Below, piece after piece: positions 63,132 to 64,000 of a stretch of 64,000 nt of DNA. Location: assembly GCA_963715335.1 (NCBI GenBank), contig CAVQRZ010000031.1, forward strand, positions 1-64,000, in the 5' to 3' direction. Position 1 is the stretch's first letter, and each line of letters opens with the position of its first letter. The notes beneath the pieces were generated by a model. That model saw nothing but the letters and a program-made list of their open reading frames with translations, did no database searches and was not told the DNA's origin. The position numbers and the translations under genes were made by a program. The stretch is from an uncultured delta proteobacterium (GTDB lineage Bacteria > Desulfobacterota > Desulfuromonadia > Desulfuromonadales > BM103).

Positions 63132-64000
63132 TTATTTGGAGCGTGCGAATTTCGGGTTGTCCATCGGGTCACCCTTGTAGCCGAGGGCTTGCCAATCCAT
63201 GCGACCATTGTCGCCGTGGCAGTCGAGACAGCCCAGTGCGTCTTCCTTCGGCGAAACCATGTGGTTGATGCTCCAGTACATTTCGGTTGGGGCAAAACCA
63301 TATTTGCCGCTGTAGGGCAGACCGCTGGCTTCCATGCCGAGGCGGGCAGCTTTGTCCCAGTCATAATCAACCCAGTAGCCGCCGTCACCGAAGACCTTGG
63401 CGGTGATAAAGTACTTGTTCTTGGCATCGTAGATCTGCTTGCCCGAATGCAGCTTGAACGGATGGATCTTGGCTTTTGCGTCTTTGATATCGCCGTTCGG
63501 GTAGGTCATCATGGTAACTTTGTCCGGATCCATCTTGTCGCCGCGGTTGTAGGCGCTGGCACTGCCATTGTACCAGAGGTATTTCGGCACCACCATCTTG
63601 CCCCAGGTGAAGTGCCCTTTCTTCTTGTTGTAGGCGTGCTTGCCATTCTCATCAACCGAGTCCTCGATCTCCTGACCCGCGGTCGACCAGTCCCAGGACA
63701 GCTTGGTCGGGACTTCCTTGGCGTAGAAGGGGATATGACAGGTCTGGCAGGAGATGGCTTCGGCATGCTTGTTCAGGCGACTCTGCGCGTGGGGCGCCTG
63801 CTCGTGGCACTTGGCGCAGGAGAAGTGCTTGGTGCCGCCCGGCGACACGCCCAGCGAGTTGCCCGGGATCGCATGACCTTCGGTGGTATGGCACTCCTGG
63901 CAAGCGAAATCGTTGCCATCGGCGTCCATATGTACATCGACGCTGCGATTCGGGTATTCCATCGAGGAATCAAGGTCGCCGTGCTTGACGGCGTCGCCGC
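63132..64000 (-). CDS. Octaheme tetrathionate reductase (OTR)-family multiheme cytochrome, 5' part outside the window
   Basis: GDAVKHGDLD, DVHM, CQECH, CAKCH, CQTCHIP, WDWSTAG and NHMV.PK..ALGCLDCH. Confidence 0.82.
   Translation of the reverse strand, partial: GDAVKHGDLDSSMEYPNRSVDVHMDADGNDFACQECHTTEGHAIPGNSLGVSPGGTKHFSCAKCHEQAPHAQSRLNKHAEAISCQTCHIPFYAKEVPTKLSWDWSTAGQEIEDSVDENGKHAYNKKKGHFTWGKMVVPKYLWYNGSASAYNRGDKMDPDKVTMMTYPNGDIKDAKAKIHPFKLHSGKQIYDAKNKYFITAKVFGDGGYWVDYDWDKAARLGMEASGLPYSGKYGFAPTEMYWSINHMVSPKEDALGCLDCHGDNGRMDWQALGYKGDPMDNPKFARSK

Overview
A 64 kb, mostly core-genome segment of a GC-rich deltaproteobacterium, probably Desulfuromonadales (inferred from the c7-type and OTR-type multiheme cytochromes, DUF748 and REC-DUF4388-J proteins, and gene order). 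It carries ileS-lspA, gpmI, rplU-rpmA-obgE-proBA-nadD-rsfS-rlmH, a radical SAM-rng pair, pncA/pncB, a TetR-RND efflux operon, ttcA, gatCAB-mtnA-glnE and tatA. I see no rRNA, tRNA, CRISPR array or transposase. The main signals lie outside the ORF track. (1) Six intergenic clusters form a nested mosaic repeat system: bracketing REP-like palindromes, double-hairpin termini with compensatory changes, a ~415-bp element in four copies, fold-back variants, and a terminator-like end module. (2) A chlD/bchD-like chelatase gene has its AAA+ and vWA halves joined by a -1 shift at an A10 run, matching known programmed chlD frameshifting. (3) An unannotated operon encodes two paralogous 48-aa membrane peptides and lies between ~130-bp direct repeats. 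(4) An unannotated entericidin lipoprotein follows lspA. Five other genes (c7 cytochrome, ileS, gpmI, radical SAM, glnE) are split by frameshifts that are probably long-read consensus errors, so every indel-dependent claim needs a read-level check.
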